Of a stretch of DNA of 64,000 nt, positions 49,997-60,924 are shown piece by piece; the first letter of the stretch is position 1; the number at the start of each line of letters is the position of its first letter. The stretch spans positions 1,728,001 to 1,792,000 of the forward strand of contig OZ242372.1 of the NCBI GenBank assembly GCA_965209035.1. Reading direction: 5' to 3'. The notes below the pieces were generated by a model. The model saw nothing but the letters and a program-made list of their open reading frames with translations, searched no databases and was not told the DNA's origin. Made by a program: the position numbers and the translations under genes. This DNA comes from Gammaproteobacteria bacterium. GTDB taxonomy: Bacteria > Pseudomonadota > Gammaproteobacteria > CBDBNL01 > JAAOII01.

Positions 49997-51672
49997 AGTC
50001 CGTTGGCATGGCGGGACGCCGAGTCCGTATTCTTTTAATTTTCTTCGCGATGGTAAGCGGGTTGCTTGTGTATCGTTTGGCGGAGATTCAGTTTTTTTAT
50101 CCGCACAAACAAGAGATCGTCGGCATTAAGGAAAGACAGGTCAATCTGTTTTATCGGCAGCCGCGGCGTGCTGACATTCTGGACAGAAACGGCGAGCCTT
50201 TGGCAGTCAGTGTGGAAACTTTTTCTTTGTATGCAGGTCGCGCCAACTTTCTTGCAACCAACACGGACCGAAAACGAAAGTTGTTGTTTGACTTTTTACT
50301 GGAACGAAAAAAACTGAGAAGCCCGGTGCCGGATGCGCCGGATCAGTCCGAACGCAAGACCCTGCTTCTGGCGGAGCGATTAACACCCGGCGAAGCCAAG
50401 TACATTCGCAGTTTGCGCCTGCAAGGAGTTTGGCTGGATGCACACTACACCAGGTATTATCCGGCCTCCGAAGTGGCGGCATCCTTGGTTGGCTTTGTGG
50501 ATAAGGATAATCGCGGCATAGAAGGATTGGAATTGCTTTACGACAAACGGCTCAACGGCGAAAAAAGAGAAGAACGATTATTGCGAGATGCGCACGGACA
50601 GGTGATTAAGGTGTTGGCTGCGGATAACAAACCCGAAGAAAGAAGTGCGTTGCAGCTTTCTTTAGATTTGCAATTGCAATATATGGCGTATCATCATCTT
50701 GTCGAAGGGATACGCTCAAGCGATGCGATATCCGGTAATCTGATTACTTTGGATGTCCATACCGGCGAGGTTTATGCGATGGCACAATACCCTTCGTTTA
50801 ATCCGAATAATCGGAAACGATTGGATGTTAATGCGGTTCGTAATCGCGCGCTGACAGATGTTTTTGAACCGGGTTCCACGATTAAGCCAATCATTCTCAG
50901 TGCCATTCTGGAACAAAAGAACCTTCCCGCCGATTATAGGGTGGATACCGCACCGGGTTATCTTCGGCGCGGTGACCTTCTCATTCGGGATGCCCGGAAC
51001 TTACACAAATTGAATCTTAATGAGGTGATTGCCAAATCCAGTAATGTTGCAATGGTAAAAATATCCGAACAGACGGATCCGCGTCTGTTGTTGAGGACGC
51101 TGAACAGACTCGGGTTGGGCAGGCGGACGGGAAGTTTGTTTCCCGGTGAGCGAGAGGGCTACTTGCCGCTTAGACCTTTGACGAGCACGGGGCGAGCGAC
51201 TCTGGCATACGGATATGGGTTGTCCATAACGGCGATCCAGCTGGCAAAGACCTATGGCGTCCTGGCAAACGGCGGAGATGATTTTTATGTAAATTTTGTT
51301 AAAACGGAAACCGAAGATAAGATGCCCGTGTTGGAAGAGAGAATTGCTATCCGAGTGATGGAAGCGTTGAAGCGGGTGGTTGCCCCGGGTGCGACGGGTG
51401 CGGCCGCCGGAGTAGATGGCTATGAGGTTGCCGGCAAAACCGGAACAGTGCATAAAAGTAACAGTGCCGGCGGTTATGATAAGAGCAAGTATCTTGCAAT
51501 ATTTGTGGGTATCGCGCCGAGCGATAACCCGCGCTTTGTTACGCTGGTGTTATTGGACGAACCCGGGACGAACAAGTATTACGGCGGCGAGGCGGCGGCC
51601 CCCGTCTTTTCGGCTTATATGCGCGATCTGTTTCGCATTTATGGGATCACACCGCAGCAGGGGAATACATGA
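49993..51672 (+). CDS. ftsI: Penicillin-binding protein 3
   Basis: R.DILDRNGE.LA, EPGSTIK (SxxK), SSN, KTGT. Confidence 0.95.
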   Translation: MKSVGMAGRRVRILLIFFAMVSGLLVYRLAEIQFFYPHKQEIVGIKERQVNLFYRQPRRADILDRNGEPLAVSVETFSLYAGRANFLATNTDRKRKLLFDFLLERKKLRSPVPDAPDQSERKTLLLAERLTPGEAKYIRSLRLQGVWLDAHYTRYYPASEVAASLVGFVDKDNRGIEGLELLYDKRLNGEKREERLLRDAHGQVIKVLAADNKPEERSALQLSLDLQLQYMAYHHLVEGIRSSDAISGNLITLDVHTGEVYAMAQYPSFNPNNRKRLDVNAVRNRALTDVFEPGSTIKPIILSAILEQKNLPADYRVDTAPGYLRRGDLLIRDARNLHKLNLNEVIAKSSNVAMVKISEQTDPRLLLRTLNRLGLGRRTGSLFPGEREGYLPLRPLTSTGRATLAYGYGLSITAIQLAKTYGVLANGGDDFYVNFVKTETEDKMPVLEERIAIRVMEALKRVVAPGATGAAAGVDGYEVAGKTGTVHKSNSAGGYDKSKYLAIFVGIAPSDNPRFVTLVLLDEPGTNKYYGGEAAAPVFSAYMRDLFRIYGITPQQGNT

Positions 51673-53225
51673 TGACAGATCGGCAGGGCAAAAGTATTGC
51701 CGAAGTGCTGGGTCATCTTGCAAGTCAGTCCTCACACAAATTGTCCGATGCACTTTTGCAAACAAAGGTGAGCGGTCTGGCGTTGCACAGCGATCAAGTT
51801 TGCCCCGGGCTGGGGTTTGTCAGCCTAACTCCGTTTGGTAAAAACCCGAACGGGGAAAACGCGAAAGAAGAACTTCAACATACCAAACTTGCCCAACAGC
51901 GAGGAGCCGTTGCTCTGTTTTTGGAAGCGGACAAGAAGTCAATTTACGAGAAGTCCCTGTCCTGCCCCGGTATGCCGATTGTTCCGATTGCCAACTTGCG
52001 TGCCAACTTGAGTGTTCTTGCGGATAATTATTATGGTAAAGACAGGGTTGATTGGATCGGTGTTACGGGGACCAACGGCAAAAGTTCGGTTGCGGATCTG
52101 ATCGCCCGGGGACTCTGTGCCATGGGCGAGACATGCGGGGTTGTGGGCACAGTCTACAAGGGAATGCCGGATGCTCCTTGGGGTGCTCCTTGGGATGCTC
52201 CGGGTATGACAACGCCGGATATTTTTGAAATGCGCCGTATCGGGGCGGAGTTCGCCCGCAAAAACATATTTAGGTCCCTGGTGGAATGCTCCTCGCACGG
52301 CCTGGCGCAAGGAAGATTGGCGGGGTTGAATATTTCCGGCGGTATCTTTACCAATCTGTCGCCGGAACATCGGGACGATCACCCCGATTTTGAAGACTAT
52401 GCGGCTGCCAAGAAGCGTTTATTTTCATACCCCGGATTACGGCTGGCGGTGTTTAACAGAGATGATTCTTACGGTAAAAAGTGGTTTGAAGAATATCGTT
52501 CCACCAAGCAATGCTTGGATTTTAGTTTGAAAGATCAAAATGCCGCCGTGCATGCTCTTTCGGTCCGAAAACGCTTGGACGGTATTCGTGCCGAGGTAGG
52601 GACCCCTGCGGGGCGCGGGATTCTAAAATCATCCGTGCCGACCGTCTGGTCATTGGCGAACAAGATGACCGCTCTGGCAATTCTGTTGTTATTGGGAAAA
52701 GATCTGAAAGAGTCTCTGACAGTTCTTAATCGCGTCGAATCGCTCAGAGGCAGGATGCAGCGATTACGCAGCGCGGGTGCGAACTATTTTGTGGATTATG
52801 CCCATACTCCCGAAGCCTTGACATTGACTCTGCAAGATTTGCGCGCCGTTTGCTCGGGTGAGCTATGTGTTCTGTTTGGTTGTGGCGGTGAAAGAGACAA
52901 AGAAAAACGCGGCGAAATGGGGGCAACCGCGGCCCGTTATGCCGATAAGATCATTCTGACAAACGACAACCCGCGTTCGGAAGATCCTTCCCGGATCATT
53001 GCGGACATCATCGGCGGCATGTCCGAAATCGGCCAGCGCAGCCAACTCGTTGTGGAGGCGGACAGACGCAATGCCCTTGAAATTGCCGTGCGCGAAACCA
53101 AGCGGCGGGATATTGTGTTGGTGGCGGGCAAGGGGCATGAGTCCTATCAAGAGATCGGCGGGAAGAAATACAAGTTTGACGACTATGCCTGCTTGCGGGG
53201 GATGGTGCATGCGGAAAATGTTTAG
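51669..53225 (+). CDS. murE: UDP-MurNAc-tripeptide synthetase (meso-DAP type)
   Basis: GVTGTNGKS, TTPD, ECSSHGL, DYAHTP, DNPR, AGKGHE. Confidence 0.95.
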   Translation: MMTDRQGKSIAEVLGHLASQSSHKLSDALLQTKVSGLALHSDQVCPGLGFVSLTPFGKNPNGENAKEELQHTKLAQQRGAVALFLEADKKSIYEKSLSCPGMPIVPIANLRANLSVLADNYYGKDRVDWIGVTGTNGKSSVADLIARGLCAMGETCGVVGTVYKGMPDAPWGAPWDAPGMTTPDIFEMRRIGAEFARKNIFRSLVECSSHGLAQGRLAGLNISGGIFTNLSPEHRDDHPDFEDYAAAKKRLFSYPGLRLAVFNRDDSYGKKWFEEYRSTKQCLDFSLKDQNAAVHALSVRKRLDGIRAEVGTPAGRGILKSSVPTVWSLANKMTALAILLLLGKDLKESLTVLNRVESLRGRMQRLRSAGANYFVDYAHTPEALTLTLQDLRAVCSGELCVLFGCGGERDKEKRGEMGATAARYADKIILTNDNPRSEDPSRIIADIIGGMSEIGQRSQLVVEADRRNALEIAVRETKRRDIVLVAGKGHESYQEIGGKKYKFDDYACLRGMVHAENV

Positions 53226-54690
53226 TATGCCGGAAATCGCCGGGGCATTGGGAACGGATTCTCCGCAGGATGCGGCCAGCCTGCATTTTGACAGGGTCAG
53301 CACGGATACGCGCAGTTTGCGGGCGGGCGATCTGTTTGTCGCCCTAAAAGGCAAAAATTATAACGGGCATGATTTTTTGAAATTGGCACTGGAAAAAGGG
53401 GCGAGTGCGTTTGTCTTAAGCGAGAAACGAAGAACCGGGGTACCGACATTATTTGTGGAAGATACCGCCGCCGCCCTGGGGCGTCTTGGCTCTTTAAATC
53501 GTCTGGCATGGCAAGGCGATGTCCTGGCGGTTACCGGCAGTTTTGGCAAGACCACCGTAAAGGATATGTTGAATTGCATGCTTTCCGGTCTGGGAAAAAC
53601 ATTTGCCACCAAAGGCAATTTGAATAATCATTTGGGTGTGCCAATGACGCTGTTGCGGTTGGGGTCGGTGTCGCAAGATGAGCATGCGTTCGCGATAATT
53701 GAGTTGGGAGCCGACAAGCCGGGAGAGATTGATTATTGTGCCTCTCTGGTTAAGCCAAATGTTGCCGTTATTACCGGAGTGGGGTCGGCACATCTGAGCG
53801 GTTTTGGTAACAGGGACGGTGTGGCGGAAGAGAAAGCAAAAATTTTGAGGCACCTGACAGCGGACGGTGTGGCGGTTGTGCCGGCCGAGAGCCCCTATGA
53901 CGCACTTTGGCGGCAAGAAGCGGCCGGCCGGCGAATCATCCGCTACGGCAAGGCCGGGTCCGATTTGGCGGATGTGGAAATAGAAGATTGTCGCCAACAA
54001 AGAAACGCAATCTCATTTGTTCTGAAAGCGAACTTAAAAAAAGAACTTGTTAAAAAAGAAATTTTTGTCCCTGTCCTCGGCGTGCATAATTGCCACAATG
54101 CGGCCGCGGCCTTTGCCGCTATCCTGGCACTTGGCGAAAACAAGTTCCGCCGGGACGAACCCGCCAAATCTTTGGAACATTATGGCGGGTCATCCGGCAG
54201 ATTGCAGCCGCATACTTTGGGGCGTCGGGGGGGGCGTCGGGGGGGGTACCGGATGGGGCAGCAGGGGGAGCATCACGGCGGCCTTTTGATAGACGACAGT
54301 TATAACGCCAACCCCGATTCCGTTCGGGAGGCCATGCACACTCTGGCATCTTTTGACGGCTACAAAATCTTGGTGTTGGGTGATATGTTGGAACTCGGCG
54401 CCGAAGAAGAAGAGAAGGAACACAGAAATCTGGGCGACCTTGCGGCGGAACTCGGCTTGGACGAGGTCCTTGCATACGGCAAGTTGGCCGGCTTGGCGGT
54501 TACCCGCTTAACAGAAAAGAGAAAGCAAACACCGCGGGGCAAGGTGTTTGGCAGTAAGGCCGAACTCACGGAGCATCTGCTTGGCAAGGACTTGGAAAAG
54601 ATGATTTGTTTGGTTAAAGGCAGTCGCGGTGCCGGTATGGAGACGGTCGTCGCGGCAATTCTCGCGAAGTTTGGAGACAACAAAAAATGA
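53209..54690 (+). CDS. murF: UDP-MurNAc-pentapeptide synthetase
   Basis: STDTR, TGSFGKTT, NNHLGVP.TL, DDSYNANP, GDMLELG, KGSRG. Start at 53209 or 53218 rather than 52999. Confidence 0.94.
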   Translation: MRKMFSMPEIAGALGTDSPQDAASLHFDRVSTDTRSLRAGDLFVALKGKNYNGHDFLKLALEKGASAFVLSEKRRTGVPTLFVEDTAAALGRLGSLNRLAWQGDVLAVTGSFGKTTVKDMLNCMLSGLGKTFATKGNLNNHLGVPMTLLRLGSVSQDEHAFAIIELGADKPGEIDYCASLVKPNVAVITGVGSAHLSGFGNRDGVAEEKAKILRHLTADGVAVVPAESPYDALWRQEAAGRRIIRYGKAGSDLADVEIEDCRQQRNAISFVLKANLKKELVKKEIFVPVLGVHNCHNAAAAFAAILALGENKFRRDEPAKSLEHYGGSSGRLQPHTLGRRGGRRGGYRMGQQGEHHGGLLIDDSYNANPDSVREAMHTLASFDGYKILVLGDMLELGAEEEEKEHRNLGDLAAELGLDEVLAYGKLAGLAVTRLTEKRKQTPRGKVFGSKAELTEHLLGKDLEKMICLVKGSRGAGMETVVAAILAKFGDNKK

Positions 54691-55769
54691 TTGTTTATCT
54701 CCTTGATTACCTCAACATGCTGAGCAGTTTGTTTGATGTTTTTCGCTATATTACCTTACGCACCATACTGAGCACCATCACCTCTTTGTTTATCACCCTG
54801 ATATTCGGCCCGCACATCATTGCTTACTTGGAAAAACTGCGCGCACACCAGGTCATCCGCAAAGAAGGTCCCAAGAGCCATCATCAAAAAACCGGCACTC
54901 CGACTATGGGCGGTCTGCTGATAGCCGGTGCCACCCTGATCTCTTGCTTGTTATGGGCGAATATCGGTATTTTGAGTATCCAACTTCTGATGTTCACCCT
55001 TGTTTTTTATGCGTTGTTGGGGCTTGCGGATGATTATCGTAAGATCAAAAGAGGCGACTCCGGGGGGATGCCGGCAAAAGAGAAGTTTTTTTGGCAGTCG
55101 GCTATCGCACTTTTTGTGGTGATCGTTCTTTATTACGGCGCCGAGTTTGATGCCGAGACGCAACTGATATTCCCTATTTTTAAGGATATCATTTGTGACA
55201 TGGGTCCCGGTTTTATTTTGTTGGGATACCTGGTGATGGTGTCTTCGGTCAACTCGGTCAATATGACGGATGGGCTGGATGGCCTCGTGCTGATTCCGAC
55301 CATTCTGATTATGAGTGCGATGATGGTCTTCGCCTATGTGACAGGAAACTTTATCATGGCCGATTATTTGCAATTACCCTATATCCCCAATCTGGGCGAG
55401 ATCTCGGTGTTTGGCGGCGCTCTCATCGGTGCCTGTTTGGGATTTCTTTGGTATAACACCTATCCGGCTCAGATTTTTATGGGGGATACCGGTTCCATGC
55501 TACTGGGCGGTTGTTTGGGTTTGGTGGCGATTTTGGTGCGCCAAGAAATTGTTTACTTTGTGATGAGCGGTGTTTTTGTCGCCGAGACCCTATCCGTGAT
55601 GATTCAGGTCGGCGGTTATAAACTCTTTGGCAGACGGCTGTTTCGCATGGCACCCTTACATCACCATTTTGAATTGATGGGAATCCCCGAACCGAAGGTG
55701 ATCGTTCGTTTTTGGATAGTGACCCTGGTTCTTGTTGCCGTGGGCCTGGCAACCTTAAAGATTCGTTAG
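54687..55769 (+). CDS. mraY: Phospho-MurNAc-pentapeptide translocase
   Basis: KTGTPTMGG, DDY.K, N.TDGLDGL, FMGDTGS, MAPLHHHFEL. Confidence 0.97.
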   Translation: MIVYLLDYLNMLSSLFDVFRYITLRTILSTITSLFITLIFGPHIIAYLEKLRAHQVIRKEGPKSHHQKTGTPTMGGLLIAGATLISCLLWANIGILSIQLLMFTLVFYALLGLADDYRKIKRGDSGGMPAKEKFFWQSAIALFVVIVLYYGAEFDAETQLIFPIFKDIICDMGPGFILLGYLVMVSSVNSVNMTDGLDGLVLIPTILIMSAMMVFAYVTGNFIMADYLQLPYIPNLGEISVFGGALIGACLGFLWYNTYPAQIFMGDTGSMLLGGCLGLVAILVRQEIVYFVMSGVFVAETLSVMIQVGGYKLFGRRLFRMAPLHHHFELMGIPEPKVIVRFWIVTLVLVAVGLATLKIR

Positions 55770-55782
55770 AGGGTATTTTCGC

Positions 55783-57195
55783 ATGATGTCCGCGGAACAA
55801 AGTATCGCAACGGATAAGAGACGGCTGGTGATTGGTCTCGGCGAAACCGGCCGCTCCGTCGCATATTACCTGAAGAAACAAGGGTTGCCTTTTGCTTTGG
55901 CGGACACGCGTGCCGAGCCTCCTTATGCGCGCGAACTGACGGAGCGGATGCCGGAAACGGACATTCGTCTCGGCGAGGTGCCAACCGAGTGGGTGGAAAA
56001 AGCGGATGAACTTGTCATCAGCCCGGGGTTTGATCCGCGACGGGAGATGATTCGACAAGCCAAAGAATCGGGGAAATCTGTCGTAGGCGACTTGGAATTA
56101 TTTTGCCGCGTGGCAACCCGACCGATTGTAGCGGTTAGCGGCTCCAATGCAAAGAGCACGGTGGTTTCCCTGTTATCTCATATTGCGGATTCCTTAAAAT
56201 TGAACGCGCCTTGCGGCGGTAACCTGGGTAAGCCGGTCTTAAGTCTTTTGGACGAAAAGGCGGATCTCTATATTTTGGAGGTTTCCAGTTTTCAGTTGGA
56301 AACAACGGATAGTATGCACGCGGATCCGGCCTGCCTGCTTAATTTGAGTCAGGATCATTTGGACCGATACAAGAACTTGGAAGATTATTATCGGGCAAAG
56401 CAGCGTATTTTTTCCGGCTGCGCGTCCGCGGTATTCAACCGGGATGATAAGTTAACCAGGCCGCTGTTTTTACCGGCTAACCGAGTGAGGCGTTTTGGCG
56501 GCGGACCGCCGGACATAGGCGATTTCGGGCTGTTGTTTAAAGGAGAGGAAACCTACCTGGCGTGCGGCGGTAAATTCTTGTTGGGAACGCGCGAGCTTCT
56601 TTTGCGCGGTCGGCACAATCATACCAATGTTCTTGCCGCTCTTGCGATGGCGGATCTGCTCGGCTGGTTGGATGTGCAACGGGAAGCGGTGCTAAATGCT
56701 TGCAAGACCTTTCGCCCCTTGCCGCATCGCTACGAAAGCGCAGGGACCCATACGGGAGTCGAATACATCAATGATTCCAAGGCAACAAATCCCGGCGCAA
56801 CTTGCGCCGCCTTGCGGGGTGTGGCGCATGACTATAAGTTCGTTCATCTCATTTTGGGAGGCAGTTCCAAGCAAGCGGATTTTGGGGAATTGGCAAAGGA
56901 ACTTGCAAAGATTCCCTGCCGAGTTTACTTAATCGGCGAAGAAGGAAAGAGGATCCGGGAATTTCTGTTACCCGGCACCGAGTATCTTTTGTTTTCCAAA
57001 GAAGAGCATCGCAAGGACGGGCTCACGGCGGCGTTTCAACGCATTGCCGGGGAGGCGCAAGCGGGCGAACTGGTCTTGTTGTCGCCCGCTTGTGCCAGTT
57101 ATGACGATTATCGGGATTATGCCGAAAGAGGAACGCATTTTAAGGAACTTGTGAAATCTTTGGTAAAAACCGGCGCGGAAGAAAATGAAGACTAA
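55783..57195 (+). CDS. murD: UDP-MurNAc-L-Ala:D-Glu ligase
   Basis: GLGETG, SGSNAKST, LEVSSFQL, DHLDRY, NDSKATN, LLSPACAS. Confidence 0.96.
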   Translation: MMSAEQSIATDKRRLVIGLGETGRSVAYYLKKQGLPFALADTRAEPPYARELTERMPETDIRLGEVPTEWVEKADELVISPGFDPRREMIRQAKESGKSVVGDLELFCRVATRPIVAVSGSNAKSTVVSLLSHIADSLKLNAPCGGNLGKPVLSLLDEKADLYILEVSSFQLETTDSMHADPACLLNLSQDHLDRYKNLEDYYRAKQRIFSGCASAVFNRDDKLTRPLFLPANRVRRFGGGPPDIGDFGLLFKGEETYLACGGKFLLGTRELLLRGRHNHTNVLAALAMADLLGWLDVQREAVLNACKTFRPLPHRYESAGTHTGVEYINDSKATNPGATCAALRGVAHDYKFVHLILGGSSKQADFGELAKELAKIPCRVYLIGEEGKRIREFLLPGTEYLLFSKEEHRKDGLTAAFQRIAGEAQAGELVLLSPACASYDDYRDYAERGTHFKELVKSLVKTGAEENED

Positions 57196-58366
57196 CAGAT
57201 TCCTATTCTTATTCCTGCCCGAACTCAGGGAAAATTCGCCCTATGCGATACTGATATTGGCATCCGTGATCATTTTGACTTTGAGCGGGTTAATTCTAAA
57301 TATGTCGGCATCCACTGCCTATGCCGAATATTATTTTGACCGACCTTTTTACTTCGGTATTCGGCATTTAATTTTTTTAATAGTCGGCTTTTTGGTCATG
57401 TGGGCTGCCACCATACTCCCCTTATCATTTTGGAGAAAGCACAGTCTTCTGTTTTTATTGATTTCCGTTGTCTTGGTGTCGCTGGTTTTTTTTGACGGCA
57501 TTGGCAAGTCGGTGAATGCGAGTTCTCGCTGGCTTGACCTGAGCTTCTTTTCCGTTCAACCCGCTGAGATCTTGAAGTTCACCTTGCCGTTATTTTTATC
57601 CGCTTATTTGAGTCGCCGGACAGAGCAATTGGAAAACGGCTGGCAGCCTATAGTTGTAGTCCTGGTTGTTGTTGGTTTTGTCAATTTTCTGTTATTGCTG
57701 CAGCCCGATTTTGGCGGCCTCGTTCTTTTAAGTTTAATGGCCGTTACTCTTCTTTTTTTTAGCGGGATGCGCTGGGGGCATCTGATCTTTTTGTCTTTGG
57801 CGGGGACCGGGTTATTTTTCTTATTGACGGTGATCCAACCCTACCGATTGGACCGTCTCCGCTGCCTTACGGATGAGAATGTATGGAATCTGTTTTTTGA
57901 CAAGTGTTATCAAATCGGTCATTCTATTATTGCAATAGAGCGCGGCGGATTGTTTGGTCGCGGTCCGGGAGAAAGTATTCAGAAATATTTTTACTTGCCG
58001 GAAGCCTATACGGATTTCATTTTTTCTATCATGGCCGAAGAGTGGGGTTTTCTGATATGCCTTCTGTTACTGGGTCTGTTTGGCTTTATGTGTGTGTGTG
58101 TATTGTTGAACGGTGTTCGCATGATTGAGAACGGACAACAGTTTGCCGGCTATCTCCTGTGCGGCATATCCGTTCTTTGGATTAGCCAGACATTAATTAA
58201 TGTGGGTGTTTCCTTGGGATATTTCCCAATTACCGGGATGTCTTTGCCATTCTTCAGTTACGGCGGTTCCAGTCTCATGGTGAATATGTTTTTAACCGGA
58301 ATCTGCATCCGTTGTTTGACGGAGGATGCCAGTTTTCGCGCACAGGCGGAGGCACAACCTCTGTGA
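57185..58366 (+). CDS. ftsW: SEDS peptidoglycan polymerase FtsW
   Basis: Multi-TM; RW, QPAEILK, QPDFG, LPEAYTDFIF, P.FSYGGSS. Confidence 0.95.
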   Translation: MKTNRFLFLFLPELRENSPYAILILASVIILTLSGLILNMSASTAYAEYYFDRPFYFGIRHLIFLIVGFLVMWAATILPLSFWRKHSLLFLLISVVLVSLVFFDGIGKSVNASSRWLDLSFFSVQPAEILKFTLPLFLSAYLSRRTEQLENGWQPIVVVLVVVGFVNFLLLLQPDFGGLVLLSLMAVTLLFFSGMRWGHLIFLSLAGTGLFFLLTVIQPYRLDRLRCLTDENVWNLFFDKCYQIGHSIIAIERGGLFGRGPGESIQKYFYLPEAYTDFIFSIMAEEWGFLICLLLLGLFGFMCVCVLLNGVRMIENGQQFAGYLLCGISVLWISQTLINVGVSLGYFPITGMSLPFFSYGGSSLMVNMFLTGICIRCLTEDASFRAQAEAQPL

Positions 58367-59505
58367 AGTCTGTTGTGATAGCGGCCGGCGGCAGCGGCGG
58401 TCATATCGTTCCCGCTCTTGCCGTGGCACGCGAGTTTCACAAACGCAAGGTGTTGCGTGTTTTTTGGTTGGGCGGCCGACGAATGCAGGATAGTATTCTT
58501 AAAACGGAAGACTTTCCCGTGCATACGATTTTGCTCAGACCCTTGCGCGGCGGCGGCCTCTGGCGCAAACCGGTTTACTTTTTGTCCTTGCCTGTTGCCT
58601 TTGTGCAGGCATTGGTTATTTTTTTGCGGGTGCGCGCATCGGCCGTATTTTCCACGGGCGGTTATGCGGTATTTCCGGCCGCATTGGTTGCGGGATTGTT
58701 GGGCTTGCCCTTGTTCTTGCAAGAACAGAATTCTCGTTGGAGCCTGGCGAGCCGCTTGCTGCTTCCTTTTGCTCGCCGGGTTTACACGGCATATCCGAAT
58801 ATGCAAACCAAACAAAGACTGCGGACGAAGATCCGTTGCACGGGGAATCCCTTGCTCGCTTCGGACAAACCGGAATTGCCTCCCGCCGAGCGTTATTCTC
58901 GGCGGCGGGGACCTCTCAGACTCTTGGTTACGGGTGGCAGTCAGGGCGCGCGAGCATTGAATGAATTGGTGCCGCAGGCACTGGCGGCGGCATCAAAGAA
59001 TAGAACAGTCTGGGAGGTGCGCCATCAGTGCGGCAAGGGTTGGCGGCGGCAAACGCTTGCCAATTATGAACAAAGAAATCTGAAAGCGGAGGTGCGTGAA
59101 TTCATCCCCAAAATCAAACAAGATTATCTGTGGGCGGATCTGGTCGTCTCGCGGTCCGGCGCGATGACTCTCCTGGATATCATGTCCGTCGGCGTGGCGT
59201 CTTTTCTTGTGCCCTTTCCGTATGCGACCGATGATCACCAATGGTTTAATGCCCGTTATTTTGCGGATCGGCAAGCGGCCCTTTTGGCAAGGCAAGATGA
59301 GGCGGCCGACCAACTGCGAGAATTTTTTGACGGCTTAAACCCGCTTTCCTCGGATCTGCCCGTTCGGTCATCAACTACCAAGCCGGATTATGAAAAGAGC
59401 CGCAAGCGTTTGTCCGCAATAGCGCAAAAGATATACATCTTGCACCGGCCGAATGCCACGCAAGATATCGCGGACAGTATCACGGAGGAGTTGCAATGCG
59501 CTTAG
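58363..59505 (+). CDS. murG: Lipid I GlcNAc transferase
   Basis: GTG at 58363; GGSGGH, GGY, EQN, GNP, GGSQGA, RSGA.T, HQ..NA. Confidence 0.95.
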   Translation: MKSVVIAAGGSGGHIVPALAVAREFHKRKVLRVFWLGGRRMQDSILKTEDFPVHTILLRPLRGGGLWRKPVYFLSLPVAFVQALVIFLRVRASAVFSTGGYAVFPAALVAGLLGLPLFLQEQNSRWSLASRLLLPFARRVYTAYPNMQTKQRLRTKIRCTGNPLLASDKPELPPAERYSRRRGPLRLLVTGGSQGARALNELVPQALAAASKNRTVWEVRHQCGKGWRRQTLANYEQRNLKAEVREFIPKIKQDYLWADLVVSRSGAMTLLDIMSVGVASFLVPFPYATDDHQWFNARYFADRQAALLARQDEAADQLREFFDGLNPLSSDLPVRSSTTKPDYEKSRKRLSAIAQKIYILHRPNATQDIADSITEELQCA

Positions 59506-60917
59506 ACGATATTGCCAAAAAAGGATTGGGAAGAGTGGGACATATTCATTTTGTCGGTGTCGGCGGCTCGGGTATGTGCGGTCTGGCGGAAATCCTCTGT
59601 CGCCTCGGCTATCGCGTCAGTGGCTCCGATATTCAATCTTCGGCATCTCTGGAAAGGTTACGCAAACTCAAAGCAACAATATACACAGCCCATTCGGCGA
59701 AGCAGGTCAGCGGTGCCGATCTGCTGGTGCGTTCGACCGCAATATCCGACCGAAATCCGGAGATTGTTGCCGCCAATAAAAGAGGCATCCCGGTTATCAA
59801 GCGGGCGGAAATGCTGGCGGAGGTGATGCGTTTCGGTCACGGCATAGCCGTAGCGGGAGCACACGGCAAGACCACCACTACCAGTATGTTGGCAAGTGTT
59901 TTGACGGCGAACGGAGAAGACATCACTTTTGTAGTCGGCGGTCTGGTGAAGAGTAGCGGAAGCAATGCCTGTCTCGGTTCGGGCAAGTATGTTGTTGCCG
60001 AAGCCGATGAGAGCGACGCTTCTTTTTTGTACTTGCATCCGGTGATGGCAATTGTAACAAACCTGGATGAGGAGCATCTCAGCGGCTATGGCGGTAAGTT
60101 TGAAAACATAAAAAGTGTCTTTTTACAATTTTTGAAAAACTTGCCCTTTTACGGTTTGGCGGTTCTTTGTTATGAAGATGAATCCTTACGCTCCATGCGG
60201 AAGAAACTGCCTTGCCCGTCCGTCACTTACGGGTTTGACAAGAATGCCGATTATATCGCCGATGGCATCCGTCAACAGGGGACACGCACGGAGTTTCGTG
60301 TGATATTCCCGGACGGCGAAAAAGCCGAAGTCTGCATCAATGTCCCCGGAGCGCACAATGTGTTGAACGCACTTGCCTGTTTGGCTCTCGCCGATCAATT
60401 AAAATTTTCACGCAAGAAGTCGTGCAAGGGTTTGCAACAGTTTGGCGGGGTGGCAAGACGCCAAGATGTTTTGGGCAGCTTTTCCGGCAAAGAGGTTAAA
60501 GATGTTTGTCTGGCGGACGATTACGGCCACCATCCGCGCGAAATAGAAGCAACATTAAACGCGCTAAAAGGCGGTGCCTGCGGCAAAAGATATGTCATGA
60601 TTTTTCAGCCGCACAGGTACACCCGAACGCGCGATCTGTATGACGAGTTTGTGCGGGTTCTCAGTCAGGCGGATATACTCTTGTTGTTGCCCGTTTATGC
60701 GGCCGGCGAGAAGTTCATTGCCGGTGCGGATGCGCGCAGTTTGGCGGGAAGTATTCGGCAGTTCGGTAAGGTGGACCCGATTTATGTGGAAGATATTGCC
60801 GAGTTACCCGGCCTGCTGCGGCGACTGTTACGCAGTGAGGATATGGTGATTACACAGGGTGCCGGTGATATTGCCGGGATTGCTCGAGAGTTGGCAAAAG
60901 AAAGCCTTTACTTGTAA
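59496..60917 (+). CDS. murC: UDP-MurNAc:L-Ala ligase
   Basis: HFVGVGGSGM, GAHGKTTTT, EADESD, DDYGHHP, FQPHRYTRT. Confidence 0.97.
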   Translation: MRLDDIAKKGLGRVGHIHFVGVGGSGMCGLAEILCRLGYRVSGSDIQSSASLERLRKLKATIYTAHSAKQVSGADLLVRSTAISDRNPEIVAANKRGIPVIKRAEMLAEVMRFGHGIAVAGAHGKTTTTSMLASVLTANGEDITFVVGGLVKSSGSNACLGSGKYVVAEADESDASFLYLHPVMAIVTNLDEEHLSGYGGKFENIKSVFLQFLKNLPFYGLAVLCYEDESLRSMRKKLPCPSVTYGFDKNADYIADGIRQQGTRTEFRVIFPDGEKAEVCINVPGAHNVLNALACLALADQLKFSRKKSCKGLQQFGGVARRQDVLGSFSGKEVKDVCLADDYGHHPREIEATLNALKGGACGKRYVMIFQPHRYTRTRDLYDEFVRVLSQADILLLLPVYAAGEKFIAGADARSLAGSIRQFGKVDPIYVEDIAELPGLLRRLLRSEDMVITQGAGDIAGIARELAKESLYL

Positions 60918-60924
60918 GACTCTT

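Noticed and set aside
52999-53208. Long N-terminal extensions of murF (also murG 58312, ftsQ 60859, ftsA 61628)
   Set aside because: They overlap the upstream genes; homology starts at the downstream start codons used here.
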